Virus record (IMG/VR): IMGVR_UViG_3300022309_000006
Location: 1 to 61,934 of that record
Origin: a virus
Lineage: Duplodnaviria > Caudoviricetes
Reading direction: 5' to 3' (one strand)
DNA: 61,934 nt
Shown: positions 28,467 through 36,657 of the stretch, one piece after another
Layout of the letters: each line of letters starts with the position of its first letter
Position numbering within the stretch: position 1 is the stretch's first letter
Made by a program: the position numbers and the translations under genes
The notes under the pieces: model-generated
The model's input: the letters and a program-made list of their open reading frames with translations, nothing else
The model's database searches: none
What the model was told of the DNA's origin: nothing

Positions 28467-29815
28467 TCCTGGCGTTCTTCGCCCTGCGGGCCCACGCCGC
28501 CACCATCACGCTCGAGTGGACCCCGAACACCGAGACCGACCTGGGCGGCTACCAGGTGTGGCGGAGCCTCAAGGCCTGCGACACCGAGGCCTCGCTGCAG
28601 GCCTTCAAGCTGATCGACAAAGGCCTCAAGACCTGGCAGGACACCACGATCCCGGACGGCACGACCGACGTGTGCTACGGGCTGAAGGCCTACGACACCA
28701 GCCAAAATTTCTCCCCGATGTCGAACCTGGCGGGCAAGCAGCTGATCCGCCCAACCCCGACGCTGCTCGGCCATTGGGACAAGAAAACCGACGTGCCGCA
28801 CGACCCGAGCCAGAACCTGAAACGCTACACGATCCACGCGGTCGTGCGCCCCAAGGCGGCGCTCGTGGGCTTCAACCCGATTCTGGTCAAGAACTACACG
28901 TTCTTTTTCTACGCATCGGTTAAGGGCTACTGCGGCGACGGCGGCGTCCTGGCGGGCCACGGTTCGACCGGCCGGATCTGCGACCCCACCCCGCTGCCCG
29001 CGCTGGCCTGGACGGCCCTGACCGCCACGTATGACGGCACCACCCTGGCGCTCTTCAAAGACGGCCAGCCGCTCAAGAGCGGCCCGCAAGCGCCTCCGGC
29101 CGACTCGACCGACCTGCTGCAGATCGCCGGGAGCAAATTCAACGAAACCTGCAACTGCGACCTTGAAGTGTGGCTCTACGACCAGGCCATGACACCCACC
29201 GAAGTGGCGGCGTTACCGAAGGCGCCGGAGCCGCCGGTCCTGCAGGCCACCCCCTCGACCCTGGCGTTCACCAGCCAGCTCGGCGCCGCCGATCCCGCGG
29301 CCCAAACGATCACGCTGACGAACGTGGGGGGCGGGGTCTTGGATTGGCAGGCCAGCGCCACCCCGGCGTGGCTCACGATTGCCCCGATGAGCGGCACCGG
29401 CCCCGGGACCATCACGGTCCACGCCTCGAGCTCAACCCTGGCCCCCGGGACCCACCTGGGCTCCGTGGAGATTACGCTGACCGGCGGCGCCACGACGTCC
29501 ATCCCGGTCACCTACACGGTGCAGCCCGACAACGCCCCGCCGACGGCCCCGACGGACCTACGGGTCGCGGACCGACCGACCGCCGGGACCATCACGATCC
29601 AATGGGCCCAGGCGCCTCCGCTGCCGGACGGCCATCGGGTCGACCGGCTGAACCAGAGCACCGGCGCCTGGATCGCCCTCACGACCGTCCTGGAACCGAG
29701 CGACTCCGCCACGGTGCCGCTGGCGGCACGGGGGCGACGGATCTACCGGGTGTGCGGGCAATGGCCCAGCGGGAGCCTGTGTAACGACCAGGAGGGCATA
29801 TGGGCGACACGGTAA
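28400..29815 (+). CDS. exported FN3/LamG/BACON-type multidomain protein
   Basis: Signal peptide ending AHA; W.PNTETDL.GY.V; WTALTATYDG...LF.DG; LQATPSTLAF...W..SA..AWL.I.P.SG.G; P.APTDL. Confidence 0.7.
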   Translation: MPNDYPPIPARYAWLTATLILLILAFFALRAHAATITLEWTPNTETDLGGYQVWRSLKACDTEASLQAFKLIDKGLKTWQDTTIPDGTTDVCYGLKAYDTSQNFSPMSNLAGKQLIRPTPTLLGHWDKKTDVPHDPSQNLKRYTIHAVVRPKAALVGFNPILVKNYTFFFYASVKGYCGDGGVLAGHGSTGRICDPTPLPALAWTALTATYDGTTLALFKDGQPLKSGPQAPPADSTDLLQIAGSKFNETCNCDLEVWLYDQAMTPTEVAALPKAPEPPVLQATPSTLAFTSQLGAADPAAQTITLTNVGGGVLDWQASATPAWLTIAPMSGTGPGTITVHASSSTLAPGTHLGSVEITLTGGATTSIPVTYTVQPDNAPPTAPTDLRVADRPTAGTITIQWAQAPPLPDGHRVDRLNQSTGAWIALTTVLEPSDSATVPLAARGRRIYRVCGQWPSGSLCNDQEGIWATR

Positions 29816-29828
29816 GGATTCCCGGGGG

Positions 29829-30104
29829 ATGCCCCGGAGCGTAAGGTGTGCGGTCTGTGGGGCGGCCGTCCAGGTCAAGATCAACCTGACGCGCAGCCCC
29901 CGGAGCCGACAAGGCGTCCGGCGGAACCGCCTCGCCCCGATCAAAGGGCACGACCTGTGCCGCCGGTGCTACCGGACGCTGATCGACCGGATCAATGCGG
30001 CCGAACGAGCTGCCGCCGCGCGGCCTCGTGGGCCCGATCAATCACCCGACGATCCGGGATCCCCCGCCCCCGATACTTCTGCTCCAGGAAGCCCAGGAGA
30101 ATGA
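29829..30104 (+). CDS. small Zn-finger hypothetical protein
   Basis: CAVC...LCRRC. Confidence 0.4.
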   Translation: MPRSVRCAVCGAAVQVKINLTRSPRSRQGVRRNRLAPIKGHDLCRRCYRTLIDRINAAERAAAARPRGPDQSPDDPGSPAPDTSAPGSPGE

Positions 30105-30264
30105 CCGCCCACGGCGGCACCGGGTGATACCCGGAGGTTTCCCACCGGAACAACGTCTGGCGCGACACCCCCATGGCGGGCGCGACGACTTCCCGGACCC
30201 CGAGCTGTTCCCGGCGCCGCACGAACTCCACCCGCGAGATCGCCCCGTTCTTCATCTTCCGCAT
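29992..30264 (-). CDS. XRE-type HTH DNA-binding protein
   Basis: RREQLG...APAMGVSRQTLFRWETSG..PVP. Confidence 0.75.
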   Translation of the reverse strand: MRKMKNGAISRVEFVRRREQLGVREVVAPAMGVSRQTLFRWETSGYHPVPPWAVILLGFLEQKYRGRGIPDRRVIDRAHEAARRQLVRPH

Positions 30265-30476
30265 GGATCACCTCCCCGGTGGGCCCGCTGTTGTTCGAGC
30301 TGGCGCCGCATGGCGTTGACGTCCAGCTGCTGCTGCCGTTGCCGAAAATAATCGAACTGCTGGATCGAGCCCCGCGGGCCCGCCGGATTGCCGTCCCGAT
30401 CGTACAACCCGCCCGCCAGTCCCAGCGAGCCCGTCAAGACCGACCCGATCACGACCCCGAGCATCACCTGTCTCAT
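30252..30476 (-). CDS. small exported hypothetical protein
   Basis: N-terminal hydrophobic signal; QQFDYFRQRQQQLD. Confidence 0.65.
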   Translation of the reverse strand: MRQVMLGVVIGSVLTGSLGLAGGLYDRDGNPAGPRGSIQQFDYFRQRQQQLDVNAMRRQLEQQRAHRGGDPCGR

Positions 30477-30769
30477 CTGCGCCCTCCTTTCGTTACGCCC
30501 CGGACCATCCTGACGACGGCCGACGGCACACTGCTCTCGATCTGTTCCACCAGCGGCCCCAGGATGGCCCCGGCTGGCGCCGGACCGTACAGCATGGCAT
30601 ACCCGTCCCCGAGCTGCACATGGTGCCCGGACGCCAGATCCAACCCCGCATCCTCCTGGTCCAGGTCGTCCACCCCCCAGACCTTCACGATCTGGAAGCC
30701 CGCCGTTTCCAATGCCTCCGCCACCACCCGCAAGCGCGTCTCAGGCGCCTTCGGATCCACGATCACCAT
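30473..30769 (-). CDS. hypothetical protein
   Basis: 98 aa, AAGGAGG RBS, ATGA overlap. Confidence 0.6.
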   Translation of the reverse strand: MVIVDPKAPETRLRVVAEALETAGFQIVKVWGVDDLDQEDAGLDLASGHHVQLGDGYAMLYGPAPAGAILGPLVEQIESSVPSAVVRMVRGVTKGGRR

Positions 30770-31151
30770 ACTGCCCTCCTTCCTGATGCCACGGCCCCCA
30801 GGTGCGCCAGCGCAGGAGCTGCGCCCGGGTTTCCTCCGGCGAGTAGCGCCGGGCCGGTTCTGCTTTCGTCACCGCGTAGTACCACCACCGCGGCACGAAC
30901 CGATGTTTGACCTTCAACGTCAGATCCAGCACCGCCTCCTCTTCCAGCGTGATGGAGTCCTGGGTGTCGTCTTCCACGAACGTCCCCACCGGCAGCTCCA
31001 CCCAGGCGTGATCGATCATCCGGCGATGCAGGATGCTCCAGACCTGCCCGTGGACCAGGACGCCCTTGTCCTGCGTCGTGACGAGCTGGGCGGCGACTTC
31101 GTAGCACCGCCCTTCCGGCCGCCGGAGTTTGCGCCGCCTATTCCGTTCCAT
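30741..31151 (-). CDS. hypothetical protein (C...H..HAWVE...D, papain/transglutaminase-like triad possible)
   Basis: GRCYE, LVHG, HAWVE, VLDLT. Confidence 0.6.
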   Translation of the reverse strand: MERNRRRKLRRPEGRCYEVAAQLVTTQDKGVLVHGQVWSILHRRMIDHAWVELPVGTFVEDDTQDSITLEEEAVLDLTLKVKHRFVPRWWYYAVTKAEPARRYSPEETRAQLLRWRTWGPWHQEGGQYGDRGSEGA

Positions 31152-31434
31152 CCCCTACCTCCCGGACGGTAACCTGGTTGGCCCGTTCCAAGATCGCCCG
31201 CACCTTGTGGGGCAGCCGATCGCACCAGTCCAGCACCGTCTCCTCGTCGACCGACCCGGCCTCCGCGACGGCCTGCAGGATTTCCGCACACACAAAGACC
31301 AGCTGCCCGGCCGCGGCCAGCTCGCTCGCGGAGAGCGGATCCGCTTCCTCGCCCGCCAGGATGTCCTGCAAGGCCCCCCGGCAATCCACCAGATCCCGCC
31401 ACGTATTCTCGAACCGACAATAGCTCATGTTCAT
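31138..31434 (-). CDS. MSYCRFENT-motif phage hypothetical protein
   Basis: AGGAGG RBS; MNMSYCRFENT..DL.DC. Confidence 0.7.
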   Translation of the reverse strand: MNMSYCRFENTWRDLVDCRGALQDILAGEEADPLSASELAAAGQLVFVCAEILQAVAEAGSVDEETVLDWCDRLPHKVRAILERANQVTVREVGDGTE

Positions 31435-31448
31435 GCGACACCTCCTGG

Positions 31449-31769
31449 TTATTCCACCACCAACAAGGCCCGGCGGATCAGCGTCCCGCGGTCCACCAGG
31501 AACTCGCCCTCCGAGCGCAGCTCCCGGCTGTAGCACAAGCCCTCGGGCGTCGACATTTCCATCGGGTCCAACCGGACCAGCTCGTTCCACTGCCGCGCGC
31601 CCGGGCTCCAGATTTCCAACACCGCCGACGACTGCGACTTGTAGGCGTTCGACCGGATCTTGATCCGAAACTTCTCGCCCTCCCGTTCCAACAGCTCGGT
31701 GAACGTGACGTCCTGCTGCCCGCGCGCCACCGAGACATCCAACCGCTCCATCGCCACCTTCGTGCTCAT
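31449..31769 (-). CDS. hypothetical protein
   Basis: 106 aa, GGAGG RBS. Confidence 0.7.
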   Translation of the reverse strand: MSTKVAMERLDVSVARGQQDVTFTELLEREGEKFRIKIRSNAYKSQSSAVLEIWSPGARQWNELVRLDPMEMSTPEGLCYSRELRSEGEFLVDRGTLIRRALLVVE

Positions 31770-32050
31770 GCGGCACCTCCCTTCCGGGCCGCCAGGAAGT
31801 CCTGGGTCGCCATCTCGTCCGTGTTGCGAACCGACAAGGTCGCAGGCACCGGGATGACTTCGTAGCGGCGATGCTTCGTCTCCGCGATCACGACCGAGAC
31901 CCCGCGGTACAGGTACACCGTGTGGGTGGGGGAGTACGCGTAAGGCGTCGCCACGAAGCGACGCACATACCCGAGTTCACCCTCGATTTCCGTCAACAGC
32001 CGGGCATGCGCCGCATACCCGATCACCGTCTTGATTGCCTTGGTTTCCAT
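31766..32050 (-). CDS. hypothetical protein
   Basis: ATG 32050 downstream of repeat unit 1. Confidence 0.7.
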   Translation of the reverse strand: METKAIKTVIGYAAHARLLTEIEGELGYVRRFVATPYAYSPTHTVYLYRGVSVVIAETKHRRYEVIPVPATLSVRNTDEMATQDFLAARKGGAA

Positions 32051-32150
32051 CGCGTCCCCCTTGGTTGATTGCCCCGTTTCCATGTTCCCGATGTTACGCC
32101 GTGCAACAGGAAAAAACAAGGGAATTCGGCCCCCTCTGAAGTAGGGGGCC
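32051..32150 (-). promoter_or_regulatory. repeat unit 1: hairpin, sigma70 promoter, operator, leader/RBS
   Basis: CCCC-N-TCAGA-GGGG hairpin; TTGTTT(32119-32114)-17-TAACAT(32096-32091); GTTGCA-CGG-CGTAAC; AATCAACCAAGGGGG. Confidence 0.8.
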
Positions 32151-32157
32151 GGAACGG

Positions 32158-32766
32158 CTAGGCTTCCGAGGGGTTGTCGGGGGCGGGGTCGGCTGGATGG
32201 CCCCACCCGAGCCGCTGGGCGCACACCGGGCCAATCCCCCGGGCCCGGGAGGTTTCGTCCGTGAGGGTTCGGCCGCAGATCCCGCAGGAGCCCATCTCCT
32301 GCCCGAACCGAGCCGACGCCGCCTCGGGGTTGGCGGCGATCAGGTCCAGGATCCGCTGCTTGGTCTCGTGGGCTTTCACCGGATGCCGCTCGTCCGACGC
32401 GAACACCGCCAGGAACGTCCAGCCCGCCCACCGGCCCTCCCGAGGCTTATCGACCGCGTAAAACTTCAAGACCTGATCCTCGGGGTCGACCACGGCGTAC
32501 CGGCCCTCCGGGACCGACGGCCAAAGATCGCCCCGCTCCACCGGCGCTGCGGCCGGTTTCAGCACCTCCACCGGCGCGCTGGCCTGATCCGGTAACCGGA
32601 GCAAGGCGTCGATAAAACTCGAGGCCTGCCGCACCGAGAGCGACAACGCGAGCTGCAGCTCGATCGACTGCGCTAGCGGCGCCGGGACCAGCTTTCTCGT
32701 CAAAAGGGTTTGCAGGAACGCCCGCTGCCGATCGCTCGCGGGCTTGACGTCCGTTGTGGTTGCCAT
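32158..32766 (-). CDS. DUF6011-type Zn-finger protein
   Basis: CGICGRTLTDETSRARGIGPVC; N-terminal PASDRQ. Confidence 0.8.
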   Translation of the reverse strand: MATTTDVKPASDRQRAFLQTLLTRKLVPAPLAQSIELQLALSLSVRQASSFIDALLRLPDQASAPVEVLKPAAAPVERGDLWPSVPEGRYAVVDPEDQVLKFYAVDKPREGRWAGWTFLAVFASDERHPVKAHETKQRILDLIAANPEAASARFGQEMGSCGICGRTLTDETSRARGIGPVCAQRLGWGHPADPAPDNPSEA

Positions 32767-32838
32767 AAGAGACCTCCTTGGTTGATACCCCGGGCTTGGG
32801 ACCGGGGCTGCGGTTTACCGGGCCCGGAGGCCCGTCCC

Positions 32839-33051
32839 TCACCGGCCCGCGCAGCGTTCCATCGCCAGCGTGGCCCAGCGCCGCGTCTTGAACCCGCGGC
32901 CATTGTTCTGTGGAAGATTGAAGCCCGGATGGCCCATGGTGATGAACCACCGGCCCGAGGTTTGGTTTTGCTTGACCGCCTCCTCGCAGCCACAGCAGAG
33001 TTCGACGGCCATCCGATCGGCACAAGTGGAGAGTAAGAACTGGGGGATCAT
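32839..33051 (-). CDS. hypothetical protein
   Basis: 70 aa after repeat unit 2; GRWFITMGHPGFN. Confidence 0.65.
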   Translation of the reverse strand: MIPQFLLSTCADRMAVELCCGCEEAVKQNQTSGRWFITMGHPGFNLPQNNGRGFKTRRWATLAMERCAGR

Positions 33052-33148
33052 GAAGCACCTCCTGGTTGATTGTCCCGTTTCCATGGTGCTGATGTTACGC
33101 CACGTAACAGCAGAAGGCAACAGAAAACCGCCCCCTCTGATGGGGGGC
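33052..33148 (-). promoter_or_regulatory. repeat unit 2
   Basis: TTGCCT(33120-33115)-17-TAACAT(33097-33092); perfect TGTTACG-TGG-CGTAACA; hairpin followed by TTTT. Confidence 0.8.
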
Positions 33149-33157
33149 CTGCCCGCC

Positions 33158-33469
33158 CTACCGGGCGGCCTGTTGCAGCACCGCGAGCCCCCGCTTGGCT
33201 TCGAAGACCGAGTCGGTCGCCAATTCCAGGTGGAGCCGCGCTACCTGCCGCTTCCCGGAGGCCCAGCAGACCGGCCCGATGTTGACGATCCATTCCTCGC
33301 CCATCGACCGAGCCTCCACCGCGGCCGCCAGGTGCAACAAGGCCACCCGACACTCCCGGTGATGCATGCTGCCCGGGAACGACACCGTCACGCGCGGCTG
33401 CGGGTTGCCGTATTCGCTCTCGCCCATCACAACGTCCATCTTGACCAGCTTTTCGGTTTCGACTTTCAT
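33158..33469 (-). CDS. hypothetical protein (paralog of 34610-34978)
   Basis: EYGNPQP, LAAAVE...EEW, LELA...EA.RG.AVL. Confidence 0.7.
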   Translation of the reverse strand: MKVETEKLVKMDVVMGESEYGNPQPRVTVSFPGSMHHRECRVALLHLAAAVEARSMGEEWIVNIGPVCWASGKRQVARLHLELATDSVFEAKRGLAVLQQAAR

Positions 33470-33578
33470 GGCTGCCTCCTTGGTTGATCGCGCCGTGTTC
33501 ATGATGCTGTTGTAACGTAACGTAACAACGGAAGCAAGGGGAAAAAGCAAAAACCACCCCCCTCTGATGGGGGGGGTC
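33470..33578 (-). promoter_or_regulatory. repeat unit 3 (variant operator, GTTAC x3)
   Basis: TTGCTT-17-TACAAC; hairpin followed by T-tracts; ATCAACCAAGGAGG leader. Confidence 0.72.
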
Positions 33579-33608
33579 TACTTTTCCGGGGATGGGGGCG
33601 GTCCGGCG

Positions 33609-34178
33609 TTATTGCGGGATCGAGACGTAGAGCGGCTGGCCGTTCCGGCCATACTGCACCTTGCCGTCGACCCGCAAGAGGTGCCGCTCCTGGCCGCGGA
33701 CCAGGATGGTCTCCGGGAAACCCTGCTGCTCCGGGTCTTCCCGCAGGACCGCCACGGGCCGGTGGGGCAGGTCGAGCAAGGCCGTCGGGACACAGCCCTC
33801 GCGGACCTCGTCGTAACTCCAGAGCGACGGCTGGACCGACTCGGGCGCCCGGACCCCCACGAGGCTGCCGTCCTGGATTTCGATCAACACCGGCACCGGC
33901 GCCGGTTCGGCGGTCGCTTGCTGCTGGACGTCCGGCGGGAGCTTCTGGAACGACCCGGCCTGGTCCACCTTCCCGGCGCGGTACACCACCGAGTCCATCG
34001 CCACCCGGAGCCGCGCGAACGCCTCCGCCCGGACGCCGCCCCCTTCGTAGGTTTCGTATTCCTCGAGGCCCTCGAGGAACAGCGCCAACTGCTGCGCCAA
34101 GCCCTCGCAGGAGCCGCCCTGCAGGACCCACCCGATCAACGCTTCCTGGAGTTGTTCTTCTTTCGACAAGTCCGCCAT
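33609..34178 (-). CDS. hypothetical protein
   Basis: AACCAGGAGG RBS; 189 aa. Confidence 0.65.
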   Translation of the reverse strand: MADLSKEEQLQEALIGWVLQGGSCEGLAQQLALFLEGLEEYETYEGGGVRAEAFARLRVAMDSVVYRAGKVDQAGSFQKLPPDVQQQATAEPAPVPVLIEIQDGSLVGVRAPESVQPSLWSYDEVREGCVPTALLDLPHRPVAVLREDPEQQGFPETILVRGQERHLLRVDGKVQYGRNGQPLYVSIPQ

Positions 34179-34191
34179 GATGCCCTCCTGG

Positions 34192-34509
34192 TTAGTCCGC
34201 CAACATTTCAAAGTGGAACGAGTCCCGCGGCTGGCTGATGTCGATCACGCCCTGCAGGACGATCGAGTGGAGCAGCCCCGGACGCATGCCGAGCTTCCGG
34301 GCCAGCGCCGCGATTTCCTGGTCGACGTTGCCCGGCTGGCCCGCCGGGACGTTGAGCTGCTCCTCCGCCGCCCAGACCGACGCCAACCCCTGGATCGCCA
34401 GGTGCCGGGCGCCCGAGTTGAACCATTCCCGCCGATCGATCACCTCCGTCGCGCCCTGGATCCGCTTCGCCTTCGCCGCCGCCTGCTTGGTTGCCGCCAC
34501 CTTGTTCAT
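34192..34509 (-). CDS. hypothetical protein
   Basis: ATG 34509 after repeat unit 4. Confidence 0.7.
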   Translation of the reverse strand: MNKVAATKQAAAKAKRIQGATEVIDRREWFNSGARHLAIQGLASVWAAEEQLNVPAGQPGNVDQEIAALARKLGMRPGLLHSIVLQGVIDISQPRDSFHFEMLAD

Positions 34510-34609
34510 CGCGTCCCCCTTGGTGAATAGTCCCGTTTCCATGCTGCTGATGTTACGCCGCGTAACGAGAGAAGGCAAGGGAAATCGACCCCCTCTGATG
34601 TAGGGGGGG
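34510..34609 (-). promoter_or_regulatory. repeat unit 4
   Basis: TTGCCT(34578-34573)-17-TAACAT(34555-34550); perfect GTTACG-CGG-CGTAAC. Confidence 0.8.
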
Positions 34610-34978
34610 TTACTTCCCCGTGAACACCAACCGGACCAGCGCCTCGTTGTTTTTCTTGAGGTTGGCGACGGCCCGTCGGAGCACCGCGGCGCCGCGTTCC
34701 GCTTCCTCCATCGTGCCGTCGGCCAGCTCGAGCTTCAGGATCGCCCGGTGCGGGTTCCCTTTCCCCATCAGCGAGAACCGGCCGGGATGAATCCCCCAGG
34801 CCTCCTCCAGCGAGAACATGGACACCTCGGCGGCCAACCGGAACATGAAGGCGTCCTGGAGTCGGCCCGTGAGCCGTTCATCCAGCTCCACGATCACGAC
34901 CGGCACCGGGGTGCCGTATTCCGTCTGCGCGCCTTCCCGAATTTCCACCTTGAGCGTTGGTGTGTGAAAGCCGACCAT
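34610..34978 (-). CDS. hypothetical protein (paralog of 33158-33469)
   Basis: EYGTPVP, LAAEVS...EAW, LELA...EA.RG.AVL. Confidence 0.7.
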   Translation of the reverse strand: MVGFHTPTLKVEIREGAQTEYGTPVPVVIVELDERLTGRLQDAFMFRLAAEVSMFSLEEAWGIHPGRFSLMGKGNPHRAILKLELADGTMEEAERGAAVLRRAVANLKKNNEALVRLVFTGK

Positions 34979-35077
34979 CTGAGCACCTCCTTGATGGATT
35001 CCCCCGTGCAACATGAGGCCATGTTACGCCGCGCAACATCGGAACACAAGGGAATTCGACCCCCTCTGAAGGGGGGC
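34979..35077 (-). promoter_or_regulatory. repeat unit 5
   Basis: TTGTGT(35049-35044)-17-TAACAT(35026-35021); GTTGCG-CGG-CGTAAC; AAGGAGGTG RBS. Confidence 0.8.
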
Positions 35078-35149
35078 TCGATCCCGTTGACTTCCTGGCG
35101 CCGATGGCTTTAGGGTTTACCCCCGAGCCAATGGCGTAAGGGAGGCCCC

Positions 35150-35371
35150 ATGAAGACAACGCAATGGGTACCGCCGCTCACCGACCGGGAGCGCGACGTG
35201 GTGCTGCTGGTGTGGCAAGGGTTGAGCAGCCGGGAGATCAGCGCGCAGCTCGCCATTAGCCTCAAGACCGTGGAGGCCCACCGGGCGAACATCATGAAGA
35301 AATGGCGCGTCCGGGGCGTCGTCGAGATGATGAAGGCCGGGATGGCGCTCGGGATTTTGAGGAAGCAGTAA
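35150..35371 (+). CDS. stand-alone LuxR/GerE-family HTH regulator
   Basis: LTDRERDVV.LV.QG.S.REI..QL.IS.KTVE.HRANIMKK. Confidence 0.92.
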   Translation: MKTTQWVPPLTDRERDVVLLVWQGLSSREISAQLAISLKTVEAHRANIMKKWRVRGVVEMMKAGMALGILRKQ

Positions 35372-35378
35372 GGCAGGC

Positions 35379-35415
35379 AAAAAAATGAGCGGTCGGCACC
35401 GCTACCGACCGCTCA
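35379..35415 (-). terminator. rho-independent terminator
   Basis: 11-bp perfect stem TGAGCGGTCGG/CCGACCGCTCA, 8-nt loop, T7 on the minus strand. Confidence 0.8.
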
Positions 35416-35432
35416 ACGGGTATCAACCAAGT
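35379..35432 (-). ncRNA. predicted ~54-nt antisense small RNA
   Basis: Minus-strand promoter upstream and intrinsic terminator downstream; 5' seed CUUGGUUGAUACCC. Confidence 0.55.
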
Positions 35433-35438
35433 GGGTGG

Positions 35439-35467
35439 ATTCTGCCACAGCAGAGCCGCCCTGTCAA
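35439..35467 (-). promoter_or_regulatory. sigma70 promoter for the predicted sRNA
   Basis: TTGACA(35467-35462)-17-CAGAAT(35444-35439) with TG extension. Confidence 0.6.
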
Positions 35468-35479
35468 CAGGAGGACACG

Positions 35480-36607
35480 ATGCACCACGCTGACCACGAC
35501 CAGCAACCAGGACCACCCCCAGGGAGCCCCGCGATGATTTCAGCCATCAACGAACAGATCGCCGACTGGAAGCGCAACGGCGCGCACATTCTCGCCCCCA
35601 TGACCCTCCAGACCGTCCCGGCGATGCACCGGCCGGTCCTGGCGATCGTGCAGATCGACCCGGACCCCAAGAACAAGGAAGTGTACCCGCAGAAAGGGGG
35701 CGGCCTGTCGCTGTCGGCGATCGGCTGGAAAAAGCTCGCCGACGCCATGCGGATCCAATGGATCCCGGAAGAATGCCGCCAGACCGACGACGGGCGCGAT
35801 CCGAACCGTTGCGCCTACCGGATGGTGGGCCGGGTGAAGTCCCTCGACGGGACCTGGCGGCGCCTGATTGGCGACAAAGAAGTCCAGATGGACGTGGTCC
35901 GGGAGGAGCTACAGGACAGCTACCGGGAGAAAGCCAGGGCCTACCAGGATGACCCGAAGGACGGGCCCGCGTTCCGCCGGGCGTTCCCGACGCCTGAGGC
36001 CATCGAGGGCTGGATCCAGGAGAAGGTCCGGCAAGATGCCCTGCAGATCCGGAAGCACCGGCTGTCCCGCGCCCAAACCGGCGCGCTGGCCCGGGCGGTG
36101 AAATCGATCGGCGTCCGGGAAACCTACAGCGCCGCCGAACTCGCTAAACCGTTCGTGTTCCCGATGCTGGTGCCGGAGTTTGACCCGAACCACCCGGGAG
36201 ACCGGGCGTTCCTGCGGGCCCAAGCGGTCGGCGCCATCGAGCAGTACTACCCGGAGCGGCCCGCCCCCCCGGCGCCCGAGCCCCCGGCCCCCCGGCCGAG
36301 CCTGCCGGGCCCGGAGGAATTGGTCGCCGCGTACCCGGAGCACCGCGCCCTCCACTACCAGCCCGCCCCGGCCTCGCCCCCGCTGACGCCGCTCGAGAAC
36401 CTCCGGGCGGATTTCTATGCGGCCGACGCGATCGGCCAGCGCGAAGTGCTGGAGCGCCTGATCCGCCAAAAGGGCTACGCGGGCAAAGTGCAGGGACAGA
36501 TCGAAGAGTGGAGCCTGCAGCAACGCGCCGGGTTTTTCGACCGGCTCATCGCCATGCCGGACGTGGCCCCGGCAGCCCGGCAGACCGACGAGTTACCGTT
36601 TGACTAA
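35480..36607 (+). CDS. hypothetical protein, possible recombinase/annealing protein
   Basis: AGGAGG RBS; upstream of sbcD/sbcC; acidic DELPFD tail. Confidence 0.6.
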   Translation: MHHADHDQQPGPPPGSPAMISAINEQIADWKRNGAHILAPMTLQTVPAMHRPVLAIVQIDPDPKNKEVYPQKGGGLSLSAIGWKKLADAMRIQWIPEECRQTDDGRDPNRCAYRMVGRVKSLDGTWRRLIGDKEVQMDVVREELQDSYREKARAYQDDPKDGPAFRRAFPTPEAIEGWIQEKVRQDALQIRKHRLSRAQTGALARAVKSIGVRETYSAAELAKPFVFPMLVPEFDPNHPGDRAFLRAQAVGAIEQYYPERPAPPAPEPPAPRPSLPGPEELVAAYPEHRALHYQPAPASPPLTPLENLRADFYAADAIGQREVLERLIRQKGYAGKVQGQIEEWSLQQRAGFFDRLIAMPDVAPAARQTDELPFD

Positions 36608-36657
36608 TGGCCCGCGCCGGGCGCCAATAGCCTAGCGCCACAACCAAGGAGGGCCGC

